Made by a program: the position numbers and the translations under genes. From Chlorokybus atmophyticus (Eukaryota; Plantae; Mesostigma and Chlorokybus algae): a stretch of DNA of 64,000 nt. The notes under the pieces were generated by a model that was not told where the DNA came from, did not search any database, and saw nothing but the letters and a program-made list of their open reading frames with translations. This document shows, in pieces, positions 41,153-52,825 of the stretch; the stretch's first letter is position 1, and every line of letters begins with the position of its first letter. The DNA lies in assembly GCA_009103225.1 (NCBI GenBank), contig RHPI01000277.1, positions 269,297-333,296 on the forward strand, in the 5' to 3' direction.

Positions 41153-43348
41153 TGTACCTTGACGGTTTTGATTGATTGTGCAACAAGTAGACTTTAGGGT
41201 TAGCAGTGTTGCAGATACTCATCTGCTTGTAGTGCTTTCTAGTTAGGCGTGGTTATCACATTGCGGTTGTCGGCACATTGTGCAGTAGAGTATACGGTAG
41301 TACGTACTACAGAATGTGCAACGGCTGAACTGCTCGTTCAGCCAATTACATGAGCGGCGCATTATTCCTGTGCTCGCCTCTCTTAGTTGTGCTTATATAG
41401 AGCAGAACGCTTGACAAAGCACAGAAGATGCCACAGATCATGATGCAAGCTCGAATACGCAGCGAGTATGTTGTGTTGCAGTACAAGGTAGAGCAGAGCT
41501 TGCAGTGGTTGAAGTCGGCGCATGAAACAGGATAGAGGGGCAGCGGATATTGAAGGAGCAGCAAAGTGTACAATAGAACAAGGTTGTCCATGCAAGATTG
41601 ATTTTTTTTGAACGTGCATGAAACAGTGAAAGGTAACCGCGGGACACGAGTTGCCAAGCTGACAGCAATAAGTTGGAAAACATGGTCATCGTGTTGTCGT
41701 TGTCGTACTGCTGCATCGCATGCTCGACGAGGGTATACCTGCATTGCCGATAGCTACTGCGTTACCTGCGTTTTGCTGATGTTGTGGTCGTCGCTGCAGT
41801 CTTGCCACCTGCCTATTGCTATATGGGCAGAGCAGTTGCTACATCACTTGACTGCAATATAGTCTACCCTCGTTGTCATTATGGTGACAAGAGGTGTGTG
41901 GAGGCAATATATCACTATTACAACACAAGGTGTTGTGTTGTCATGTAACAGTTAATGGACATTTAAATGATGACATTAATGACAATCAGTCTTTGTAAGA
42001 AGCGTTATATAAACACGTCGATTCAATATCAAAAACGTGTGATCCATTAATTATGAGTCGTACATCTTTTTCCAATGACATTATTGATCACTACATGAAA
42101 ATGTTACTTGCCATTCCATCTAATGACAATGAATCACTTGCAAGGTATTGAAACCACAATTGTTGCCCTCGATATAATGATGCTTTTTACATAAGGAGCA
42201 TATTAATACCAATTGTGCTTACAGCGAATGGTATGATTATTATCAAGGGCTCGATTTGCCTCATGTAACATGGTCATAACACCTTGTCACTACTGGGAGG
42301 GTGTCATTAAAATGAGTGTGATTACAGCAAATGTAGGCTGTACACCCTTATATAATCCCCTTATGCTGTAAAACTGCTTTACCAAATGCTTAATGTTGAT
42401 AACAACAAGCAATAGCACGTGCCATTGCTTGTTAAGTGAGTGCGCATTGCATGTTCGCGCGCCTTACCAGCGACGCGTGAATATGAGTTGGCACGATATG
42501 ATATTACGGCAACAGACATGACAGTGTCCGATACGTACGACGTGTCAAGTGTTACACTTTTTCAACTCAACACGTTTGTACTGGAGCCTCCATGCATTAT
42601 CAGCATAGGCATTAATGGCAGCTAATTCGTCAATCTCAATATATTGCCTTGTGATGTTATCACTTATATATAAAATATATATAGCATAATATGTATACGA
42701 AGAAAATTGCAAGCTGGTACAAAGCAACGATGTATGAGACTGACGAATAAAGGTTTTACTATGAGTTCGGTGCAATATGATAGTGCTATCTGACATTGGT
42801 ATACTATGCATAAGTAATTATGTAAACATTGTTTGACAATCATTGACAATAGTTGTCAACTGTAGTTACATTGCTGGATGATGTCGTTGCCATGCATGTT
42901 TTGGCGTCGCTGTTTGCGTAGTTGTTGCACATTCGTGATACTGATTCAATAAACTCACAACTCGGAACCCAGTATCATATGTCTCGCATTGTAAGAGGAG
43001 GTTGCCAATCTCTTTACGTATGCATATAATTATTGTCAACGACTACTATTACTACTAGCAATTTAAAGCATACACCATTACGGTATATTATTTAATACCA
43101 AATAAGGCATACCACGTTGCACACAAACATACATAAGTCAGCTGTACAAGTGCTAATTAATAGCATACTTCAGGCTGGTTCCAGTTGAAATCTGCTTGCC
43201 TACCCTGTTGCGTGCTATTGCCCCTCAACCTCACTTGCACTCGGTTAGCTAAGCCACATAGCAGCAATTGCTTATGCTTTAATACATTATCTTCCTGCTT
43301 TTATTGTGGGTGCTGTTGTATGTCCTTGCATCCAAGCTTGCAAACATA

Positions 43349-43880
43349 CCGTATTTACCCCATTAGAGTTCCCCCTTTTTTATACAGTTCCCCTTGATCC
43401 CCCTTGACTAAGCAGGGGGGAACTCTGTACGGGGGGGAACATTATTCCAGCAGGGGAACTGTATTGTGTAGCATGAGGCGGCTGCCGATACTATCGGTAG
43501 TGATGTGAATACTGTGCCGTATCTGATTACGGCAGATACTGGCGGGCGAGACTGTAGATTCCCGCGATAACTACGGGTCATACTGCAAAGTCCCGCCGAA
43601 TGCATCATGTACATGCATGTGCTGCTATATGATACATCGATTACATTCAATCCAGTTATAACACATTCACTATTTTAGATTACACTATTATATATACACT
43701 ATACACTATGTATACACGCATACATACACTCTTTGATTAATGTATATCATGTACATATATACTGTTCCCTCCGAGGGGAACACTAAAAGGGGGGGGAACT
43801 CTATCGTGCAAATACAATTCCCCCCGTGTTTTAACGAGGGGGAACTCTATAAAGGGGGGAATTTAATGGGGTAAATACGG
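43349..43880. mobile_element. MITE of the Tc1/mariner superfamily (pogo/Tc2-like CCGTA ends), 532 bp
   Basis: TIR ccgtatttaccccatta...ttccccc / gggggaa...taatggggtaaatacgg, flanked by TA at 43347-43348 and 43881-43882. Internal GGGGGGAACT repeats; no ORF. Confidence 0.9.
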
Positions 43881-44849
43881 TACACGCTGACGCCAGTTCA
43901 TTGTGCTGGTGTCCATGATCACAACACAGTCTTTTCCTGCTGTCATGTGTCATCATGTGTCATCACATGTCCCCAGAAACAGAGCTATAGGATGTAGCCT
44001 GCTATAGAGCCAAACAGAAACTGTCTTTTGGCGGTTCACCGGCGTCTCACAACCCGCAGAAATTAGCTGAACTTCTCAGTCCAGCCCAACGAACCACGGT
44101 CGGACGGATGCTTCAGTGATGCAGCATTACGGAAGGGCCCGCAGCGGATGCTCTGCAGGCTGCTGCGCCGCTGCCCTGCTGCGCCAGCAGTGCTGCCCTT
44201 GTCAGCCGATTTGGCTGAGCTCAACCGCTTTTTGGATAGTTTAACCATTCCATTCAATTCTCACAGGGTGAGAGCACTATTTGATGATGCGGTAGAAGCT
44301 TACACAATGTCCGTCCGGCATGAAGGCGGGTTCACAGAAGCAGCGATTGCCGGTAGCTAACTGCTCATGGGCCGTCATGATGACCTCAAGGCAGCTGAGC
44401 TTCAAGTTGAAGCCTTCAACGCTGACGCGCGTTGCGCCGCAGCTGTTGCACGCCGCGGCCGGGCAGCCTCGGGCAGCCACGCTCAGCAACGCTACGGCTG
44501 CTGCTGTCCCGCCCAACAAGTTGTTGTGTACCAGATTGGTGCCAGTGACCGCCGTGGCGGCGGCGGCTGGTAAGCTCTGCTACCACCAGCTGGCTCAGTG
44601 CCTTGCTGGTTGAGTGGGGATCACATCGAGGCTAAGAAAGCGGAGTGCAGGTGGAGTGCCAGAAGCGAAGTCCGTTAGTGCTGTGTCAGCTCAGGCTTAG
44701 CCTGCTGGCAAGTGGGCCGGTAGTAGCAAGGAACCTGGCTCATTGGGCCGCTTGGTGTTAAAGAAGGGAATGGAATTGAAGGACGGACTGTGGGATCTTA
44801 ATTTATGGTGTAGGCTGTGTGTGTGAAGAGGGCGATTGCTGCAGGTGGT

Positions 44850-45359
44850 ATGCGCACGTCTCCCGGCGTGGCCGCCGGGATGGCGACAAAGGTGGCAACG
44901 CTAGCGGCGTGCGCGGTTCTTTCCGCTATCGCCATGCTGCTCGTCGAGCCGCAAATGCATGCCAGAGTCACATCAAGTAAATACATGGTTGCACGGTCTG
45001 TTGTATATTAGTCAACATGCACGGAACAGTTTTCCAACTCGTGCTTTGCATACTTATTGAGTACTTGTTCTAATTGGGTAGACTTAAAGCAATGCGAGAT
45101 GTTGTCACTGTTCATGCATTGTGTTCAGACGCACACTATGCCACAATTTAATATATCGCATTGCAGTATATCACAGTATATGACACTCAGTAGTGACGTC
45201 AGCACTTGGTGTAACCACATTGTTCAGTCGAATTCAAGCCGGGCTCAGTGAACGTCAGTAAGAACCTTATCACAAATCGATCCCACTTAGAGTTATTATT
45301 CTCGGTGTGCTGCGCCTACCTGTCAATGTGCAGCTGTGAGGCCAGTCTTGTGGCCCCCC

Positions 45360-45454
<95 letters not shown>

Positions 45455-47748
45455 NTACGTGCGGAGAGACTTCATGCAGTTCAAGCGCATGGGAGCCATC
45501 AAAGTGGACATACTGCGCAGACTGCTCCTTCGCGGTTACGATGTGTTGTTGACCGACGCGGATGCGTTGTGGCTCGGTGACCCGTGGCCGTTTCTCGGCC
45601 GCAAAGGCGTCCCGATCCGTCCTGAGGCTCATCTTTTCGCTAAGGCTGACATCCTTGTCACCTCGGACTGCATCAACATGGAACAGGACTGGGATCCCGA
45701 GCTTGTCATCACCGAGTTCAACACTGGTGTGGTCTTCCTTAGGTCAGTTTATTTATGCCATGCTGTGCCCATAAGCACCACCTGCGTGCTTAGTTGGCAG
45801 CAAGCATCCATTCATTAATGTGCAAGTTGTTACCACGTTGTCGCCAATCGAGGGAGAGATGCTGCTTCCGCAGGAGTAACAAGCAGACTGTTGCCTTTGT
45901 GACTGAATGGCGGGATCGTGTGCTTGTGATTAAAGATGGGCACGACCAGAAGTCGTTCAATCGCTTGTTGAGAGGTTGGTACAGCTGTGACACAGTTGCG
46001 AGGCAATTGCTGAAGGTCAGCCTCCTGACCGATGCTGCTTTGTGCAGGCGGCTACACCGAAGAGAATTTTGGTTGCGGTGAAGCTTCCTGTACCAAAAAC
46101 TTTGATGAGTATCCGTAAGCTTTCGTTCAAGCAACCATGCGTGTGAATCCGGGCAAAGACATACCTACGAGTGTGTTGGCTTGTTACAGTATGCCCACTT
46201 GTGTTGTGTGGACATCGCAGGCTTCTGCCAGTCGAGGCCATATATGAAGATGGGCGTCCAATGGACCTCAGCAAGTGGGTGGGGAAGCCCGGGCCGGGGC
46301 GCGACGAGTCACGTGCGCTCGCTCGAATGGCGTATCAAGTGCACAGAAGCAAAGGCTGGAGGGAAGTATACCACATGTGGAAGGGGAAGGCGATTGTTGG
46401 GGTGTTGCCACCCAGCTCGTTCCTCAATGGACACACGTACTTTGTCCAGCGCGTACACAAGTGGATGGATGCGCCTTTGTTGAACGTGCATTGCACCTTC
46501 CAATTTGGTGACTCGGGACGCTACATGTATGGCAAGCGCCAAAGGCTGCGGGAGACAGGGCTTTGGCTGATTGACTCGGAAACGTATTACTCTGAAGGCA
46601 ACTTCCTTCACGTTGTTGGCATTGATGACGTTGTTGCTAAAGCTGTGCTCAAAGGACATTACCCTCCCAGTGTTTACGAATGCAAGCCAAAGGAACTCGC
46701 AACCAATCCTGTCAATCCGTCCGGCACGGCCGAGAAGACGTGCTGGCACCCCACCCGAGTTATCCCATCCAAATTTGATGAGCCCGCGGATCTTCCGGAC
46801 CCTGCGCAGGCACATATAGATGTTCAGGTGAGAACCTCAGCCTGCTAATGATTAATTATAAGTGTGTATGCAGTGAGTCTTCGTACGGCGCAGGCGTGGA
46901 GCCAAGCTTCGCGCCGAGTTGTTTGTGCAGGGCGGTGCATGCATGTTCACCTGTCTTCTCGTGCAGGTGGCTCAAAGAGCGGTGTTGAGGAACGCGCTAG
47001 CCCTTTCTTATATCCTGAATCGCATTCTGGTCTTGCCACCGCTGAAGTGCTATTGCGATCGCAATTGGTGGATGAACACTGACTGCCGCATGCCAGCTGC
47101 TCAAGCAATGCCAATGCCGTAAGTGACTGAGTGTATTAGTAATGGTCTTACCTCAACTTTGTTGGTTGCATGCAGTCGTCCAGATTTACAGCAGATGCTT
47201 ATGTGGCCACCAGCGTAAAGTCTATGCTCGCTGCGTGTGTGCGTGCAAGCAGCATTGTCTTCATCAACGCAGTGCAACTTCGTATGTGCTTGCAGGTATA
47301 TCTGCCCCATGGACCATGTCTTTGACTTGGAGCCGTGGTACCTAGCGGGTCCCATGGATTTCAGAGAGTACTCGTTTCTGGACAACCCTCAAGTGCCCGA
47401 TGATGTGCGTAACTCCAAAGTCAAGCTGCAGCTGGCTGCAACTGCTGCTAAAGACGGCGTGGTCCGCATCCCATCAGGTGCGCACATGAATCTGTGTGTC
47501 TGTTTCTGCTGAACAGTACTTGGTTGTCGTTGGCACCTCACGTTTGATGCATCACAATGATCGTTTCTTCTGCTCTTGCAGATTTCAGGGAGGTGGACAG
47601 GGCTGCTGTGTCCGCGCGTGTTGCTGAGATCAGCGCAACTGACCTTCTAGCTTTCTCAACATGTGGTGTCGGCAAAGAAGGGGAAATCAACGACTTCAAC
47701 AAGTGGGTTGCAGGCAGATACAGCCTCCGCACATCCATCTGCAGGTGA
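44850..47748 (+). CDS. GT77 nucleotide-diphospho-sugar transferase, XEG113-like arabinosyltransferase; part probably missing at the poly-C gap
   Basis: N-terminal TM anchor (VATLAACAVLSAIAMLL), then MGAIKV..LL.GYDVLLTDAD (DxD), DILVTSDC, FNTG, HDQKSFN, GVLPPSSFLNGHTYFVQ, HCTFQF..GKRQRLRE, RILVLPPLKCYCDR and ICPMDHVF. The 3' end is uncertain. Confidence 0.85.
45354..45455. other. Poly-C run (94 uninterrupted C) ending in N; probable sequencing or assembly artefact
   Basis: C at 45361-45454 and N at 45455, directly abutting the GT77 coding sequence YVRRDF. Confidence 0.75.
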
Positions 47749-48916
47749 TGATAGAGCGCGGTGCTGGCTCATGCTCTTCAGATTTATCATGACATTGAGA
47801 ACACAATGTCAATTTTGGTTACACACTGTGCAGTCATGAAAGAAATCCTTACGTGAACCTGGAGTTGGAGAAGGGACGTGTGCGCGGTGAATCTGCCGAA
47901 CAAGTGTTTATGAAGAGGCTGAACTGCACAGGGCAACCTACGTCTCAACGACCTGTTGACATAAACCCTGCACCACTTCAGCTTTGTAGAAATTGATGAC
48001 ACTCTGCACGCCCTCAGCGTCCAATTCTTGGAGCCTTTTGTTTTCTAGGGCAACATCGCCACAGCACCAGTACACCGGCGCCGGCACGTGTACACATGGA
48101 ACCATTGACTGCCAGTGCAGCTTGTTGCAGCAAAGCTTACCATTGTTTGTAGCTAGCGGGCAAGCTGTAAAGGCAATTCAGCAGGCCAAGTTGGTTATCA
48201 AAGTGTAGACAGACTTCTGGCTGTAGGCTGTGCAGTGTCCAATTGGCCACAGCCTCGCCAGCCATGCTCAGTTTACACACACCAGTCAAGGCAGGTTACG
48301 CACTGATATGGCATTAGCATGCCAAGTCGTGTCGTTGGCTTTGACAGTGCATTTTTTTTATTGATGCTTGAGAAGATGGACAGACGGTTCAAGCATGTGT
48401 GTCCATTGGAGCAGCTGCTTGGACACGCATGCCAACATTCCCCGTACATGCATTCATACACAAGCACAGACAGCATGAAATTTGTAATGTGATTCATGCA
48501 CTGTGTGCACCCAGCACACCGACACGCACAGACAGAGGGGGAACCACTACTTTATGTACACATAGCATGTGCAATTTTGCACAAGAAAAAACCTATAACG
48601 AGTTCACATGACAGAACAAGGGCCCCCCAAAGCTGGAAGCTTCTTCTAAGCAAACCTGGAGGAAATGGTTAGGTGGGCAACAACACTCTGGTAACATTGC
48701 CACAATACTTGGAGGTCATTCAGCAACTCAAAGCGCCAGTACGCGCATCAATGTGCATATGACAAGCATACGTTTGGTGTTATGGAAACACACCCACACA
48801 GGTCGTCAGTAGGGTTCAAGTAGTAGTAGAGTAGAGGATTGTCTTTATAAAGGCTACAAACTAGACAGCATTGTACATTGATACAAGTTGTGCGCGCGCC
48901 ATATGATGGCAGCACT

Positions 48917-51900
48917 TTATGAGTACTTGGCAATTTCTTGAAGCAGGTAGTTGCTCTCTGCTACATAGTCAACAGGCTGAAGGCCCACAATAGTGACTCG
49001 CTGCCGCATCTCATTGTTGTACTCGCGCATCACCACCGACACCCTGCATAGGTTGAGTTGAAGTCACTGCCAGATCTCAACTCTCTCGGCAGAGCTGCAT
49101 GCTTGACCAAACCACTGGTGTTTCTTACCTAAATATGTATTCGTTGAACACAACATCCTGCAGCCTTTGCTTGAAGGCAGCTTCATCCTGCAGATGTGAC
49201 ACAGCTCAATACGGCGCTTGTTTTTCCCAAGTCAAAGAGTGGCACTGAGACTGTGATCAGCATTGCACAAAGGAACCCATCACATTCATTACAACTTACA
49301 GCTTGTCTTAAGTCGGCAAGCACGTCTGCAGAAATCTTAAGTATTGAAACGGCTTGGTCATGGAAGGTGACAACCCAGGAGTCCCCGGTGGCATCCGCCA
49401 CGCGCATGCTGACAATGTATCTGTGCAAAGCACTAATCAGCATCATGCGGACACAGATCCATGACTGTGATAATGTTTGTAAGCGTGTGCGGCACGTACC
49501 GGTGCTGGCATGACGGGTACGATTGCTGGCAGCCCTCACAATAGTGTTTACCGCCCTGGTCGTCTGTGACCTTCTTGTTGCAGCCCTCCTTTGGACATGC
49601 GTTGTACCACAGCTGCTGGTCGGGCTTTATGAACACAATCTTGGCCTTCAGCGTGAAGTACTCCGGCTGCGCACACACACGCACTATTGAGCATGGCACC
49701 ACAAGCACACAGCAATTAAGTAGATAAGTACAAGTACACGCAACTTCCTACCTTGGATTGGCCGACGCCTTCAGCAGTGAGTTCTTTGATGAATTTACGC
49801 TCGGTTGAGCCTCGCATCCCCTTGGATGCGCTTGGCATGCCCGCATTTAATGGTGTCAGCGGGGAGTGGCTGCCTTCTGAGTCCCACCTGTTGTCATAAT
49901 CCAAAAGTCAGGGTTTACTTAGTAGTTCGCAACATGTTGGCACTCGCACTCACCATCGACGAAGCTTCTCGGCCTCAGGCACTCCTGGTGATGTCGTCAA
50001 CTGACTTTTGGTCACTGTGGAGAGTGACACCCCTGCACAATCGCAGGTGACATGGCAGTTAGCATGCCGAAACTGAGCCGTACGCATGCATTACCATTGT
50101 TGTGTGGGCTCACCATTAAAGTCGTTAACACGCACGCCTCGCACCGCAACCACGTCATTTTCATTAACTGATGTGGCGGCATCCTCCGCCAGCTTGTTCC
50201 ACAAAGTGAGCTGTACTGTTCTTGAGCTGCAACACAGGACAGGCTCTTCATTGATAAAGACTACTTGGCACCAGAATATAGTGTTGCGGCTTTGTTGTCT
50301 ACTACCTCTCATCGGTGATTGTGATGTCCCTTTTCATCAGCTCGGTGCCATCGCTTTTCCTCTTTATTGAGCTCAGCGGACCGGCTTTTTGCACGACTCC
50401 CACCACGTCTGCAGTGCACAATCATCTTAGGCGCAGTTGGTAAGTTGTTCCGACGAAAACTGAGCAAACAAAGTGTATACCTATCAGTGGCACGCGGCGA
50501 ATGTCGCAACCTTCCTTTGGTAAGTGCAATCCCAATTCTTCAATCGGCACAAACTTGAAGACGGCGTCAGGTAGCTTCTGCGCATCGGCATCCAGGCATT
50601 CCTCCACTCTTGTTTCGTGCGTGAATGTCATCTCGTAGTGATTATTCAGGGAGGAGTATCGCCTGTCTGCCGGCTTCAGCTGCCCGTTGGTTATGAAATA
50701 CACCTATTCCAAACAGGCCCCAAACATCAAGCGCACTGCAGCAGGCTGCTTGCTGCAACTTTAATGCTCAGAATCACATGTGCACGACAATCACCTTATG
50801 CAGCTGCAGAATGTCAAACAGCTTGTCAGCTGTGTCCCTCCACGCTGTAGCTTGAATTTGGGTTCCCTGAAGGGTAGAGCCAGCAGTCAGTATGCTTGCC
50901 CCGCCATAGAGGGTAATTGGCGGTGCGGTATGTACCTCAAACTCACCTGCTCATCAGTCAGTTCCAAGGTGAAGACAGACCCCTCGCCCCGAGCAGAGCG
51001 GAATGTGCGCTTGTCCCCTTTGCTGGTAACTCTCGCGCGTATGGTCCATCCGCCCTGGTACGGGTTGAGAGACTGTATTGGGTGCACCCGACGCGATGCA
51101 GAAGGCATCCTTGTTGACGCGGCTGGCGGCGAGACACTGAAACCGCTAACACTATCAGCTTTTCTCTTCCAGTACAAGCAAAGAATGCAGACGACCTTTG
51201 TGATGCAGTCAAGAATAGTTCCTTTTGGCAAGAGTCAAACGCAAAAGCAGTGCAACGACAGTTGGACAGTAAAGACGTGACTTACTCTTGGGCTCGTTTG
51301 TCGTCTGTCTTGGGTGTGAACTCTGCGGTGCGGTAGCTTGTGCGTGCCGGGGTGACAGGCGCCGGGCTGCCGTTGTTGGTCATCATCTTCTTCAGAGGCT
51401 GCTGCTCTGCTGTAGACGGCATGGCCATGTGGGACGCACCCAACTCAAGCTCCTGCCCGAGCGACCTCTCCACTATATCCACGCTTGTGGCCACTGCAAC
51501 ACTGCAATGCAGGAAGCGTGCTGCTCAGTGAGTAAGGGGGGAAGCTTGTTGACGTGCATTGTGCTACTTGATGTGGTACTAAGCGGCCGTAAACTGTGAT
51601 GGTGGTATTGAAGCTTACTTGGCTTTGACGCCGTAGCGTTTGATGCGGATGACTCCAGTGTGCTGGATCCTGCCAGCATGGCAGGCTTCCCAGAGGTCAG
51701 GCACAATGCCTTTTTGGGTCTGATGGCCGTCCGACAGCATGCACCTGGCATTGGCGTCAAACGCAATCAGCTCAGCAACTGAGCATGCCTCCATCATACA
51801 GAATACACTGAGAGAACGTGTCCCATTGCTTACGTCAGAGAGTTTGAACCTTCTCTCAGCCTGGTAGGGTTCAGAACCTGCCAGCCCAACACAAACAGCA

Positions 51901-52044
51901 GTGAGCTGACTGACCAAGCGACCAAGCGAGCAATGGGGCAATGAGAACGCAGTAACGCACCTGCACCCTGTAGTCCACATCGACATCGGTAGAGAGCGTC
52001 TCCAACATCCTCGCCAAGCACCCGGGCGTTACTGCCGCGGCCAT
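48917..52044 (-). CDS. RPA1: Replication protein A 70-kDa subunit, multi-exon
   Basis: PIQSLNPYQGGWTIRARVTSKGDKRTF...GEGSVFTLELTDE (DBD-A), VYFITNGQLKPADRRYSSLNNHYEM, TVQLTLW..VAVRGVRVNDFNG (DBD-B), WYNACP.EGCNKKV..HYCEGC (Zn ribbon), YIVSMRVADATGDSWVVTF, and ...PVDYVAESNYLLQEIAKYS*. Confidence 0.95.
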
Positions 52045-52069
52045 GCTTACCGCCACTGCCGCCGCTAAG

Positions 52070-52202
52070 CCGCCAAAACTACACACTTTGATGGACACTT
52101 GGACGCAAAGATTGCGGGGAACTGCGGCATTTCAAATGCCCCGCTTTTGAACGTTTGAACGCTACCCGCGCAAAACGGTTTCCCGCGCTTTAGGGTTAGG
52201 GA
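52070..52202. promoter_or_regulatory. Short bidirectional promoter between RPA1 and the cupin, with E2F-type sites, CHR-like TTTGAA motifs and a telo-box-like repeat
   Basis: CCGCCAAAA (reverse complement TTTTGGCGG) at 52070-52078, TTTCCCGC at 52179-52186, TTTGAA near 52146 and 52154, and tttagggttaggg near 52189-52201. Confidence 0.5.
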
Positions 52203-52282
52203 TTGAGAGCGTGGCGGGCACTGACCCAACATGAAGCTTGTGTGCGAGCAGTTGTGTTTACCGCTCATTGGCGCTCTGGGCC

Positions 52283-52825
52283 ATGCTGGCGACATGCTTG
52301 TCGTCGGCGGGGGCGGCGGCGACGGCAACGGCGTCGTTGGCTCCGTGCTGGACGAGGGTTGCGGCGTGTCGGTTGGTGCTGCGTCAAGTTGACTTAGGCA
52401 TCAGTCGGCATAGGTGTGCAGAGCTGGGTGGCAGAAGGCAGGGCGGCAGCCTGAAGAGCATGAACGGTGGCGGCGGTGTGGTCGACACCGGCAACGTCTT
52501 TGAGGGTGTTGAAGGCGTGGTCGGCGGCGGAGAGGAGCAGTTGAATGAGTTGCTGGCTCGGCCTGGGGTGCGGATCGAGCGTATTGTGTCGCCGGCGGGG
52601 TCCGCCTCGCCGCCTGGTTTCTGGTACGACCAGCCTGGCGGCGAGTGGGTGGTGGTGCTCGTCGGCGACGCCGTCCTCCGCTTTGAGGACGAAGACCAGG
52701 CTGGCAAGGAGCCCCGCCGCCTCCGCCCCGGCGACTGGGTCTGGATTGTACCACACCGCAGGCACCGAGTCGACCAGACCGCCACGGATCAGACGACAGT
52801 GTGGCTTGCAGTGCATGTGGATTGA
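52283..52825 (+). CDS. Intronless bacterial-type cupin (RIERIVS/WYDQ family) with a possible N-terminal targeting extension; alternative start at 52460
   Basis: EEQLNELLARPGVRIERIVSPAGSASPPGFWYDQPGGEWVVVLVGDAVLRFE...LRPGDWVWIVPHRRHRVDQT..TTVWLAV in a single GC-rich ORF. Confidence 0.85.
   Translation: MLATCLSSAGAAATATASLAPCWTRVAACRLVLRQVDLGISRHRCAELGGRRQGGSLKSMNGGGGVVDTGNVFEGVEGVVGGGEEQLNELLARPGVRIERIVSPAGSASPPGFWYDQPGGEWVVVLVGDAVLRFEDEDQAGKEPRRLRPGDWVWIVPHRRHRVDQTATDQTTVWLAVHVD

Noticed and set aside
41880-43340. AT-rich tract as a discrete TE or foreign island
   Set aside because: I could not find termini, a TSD or coding motifs.
45248-45632. Poly-Pro (extensin-like) or poly-Gly ORFs
   Set aside because: They derive from a pure C homopolymer ending in N, most likely an artefact.
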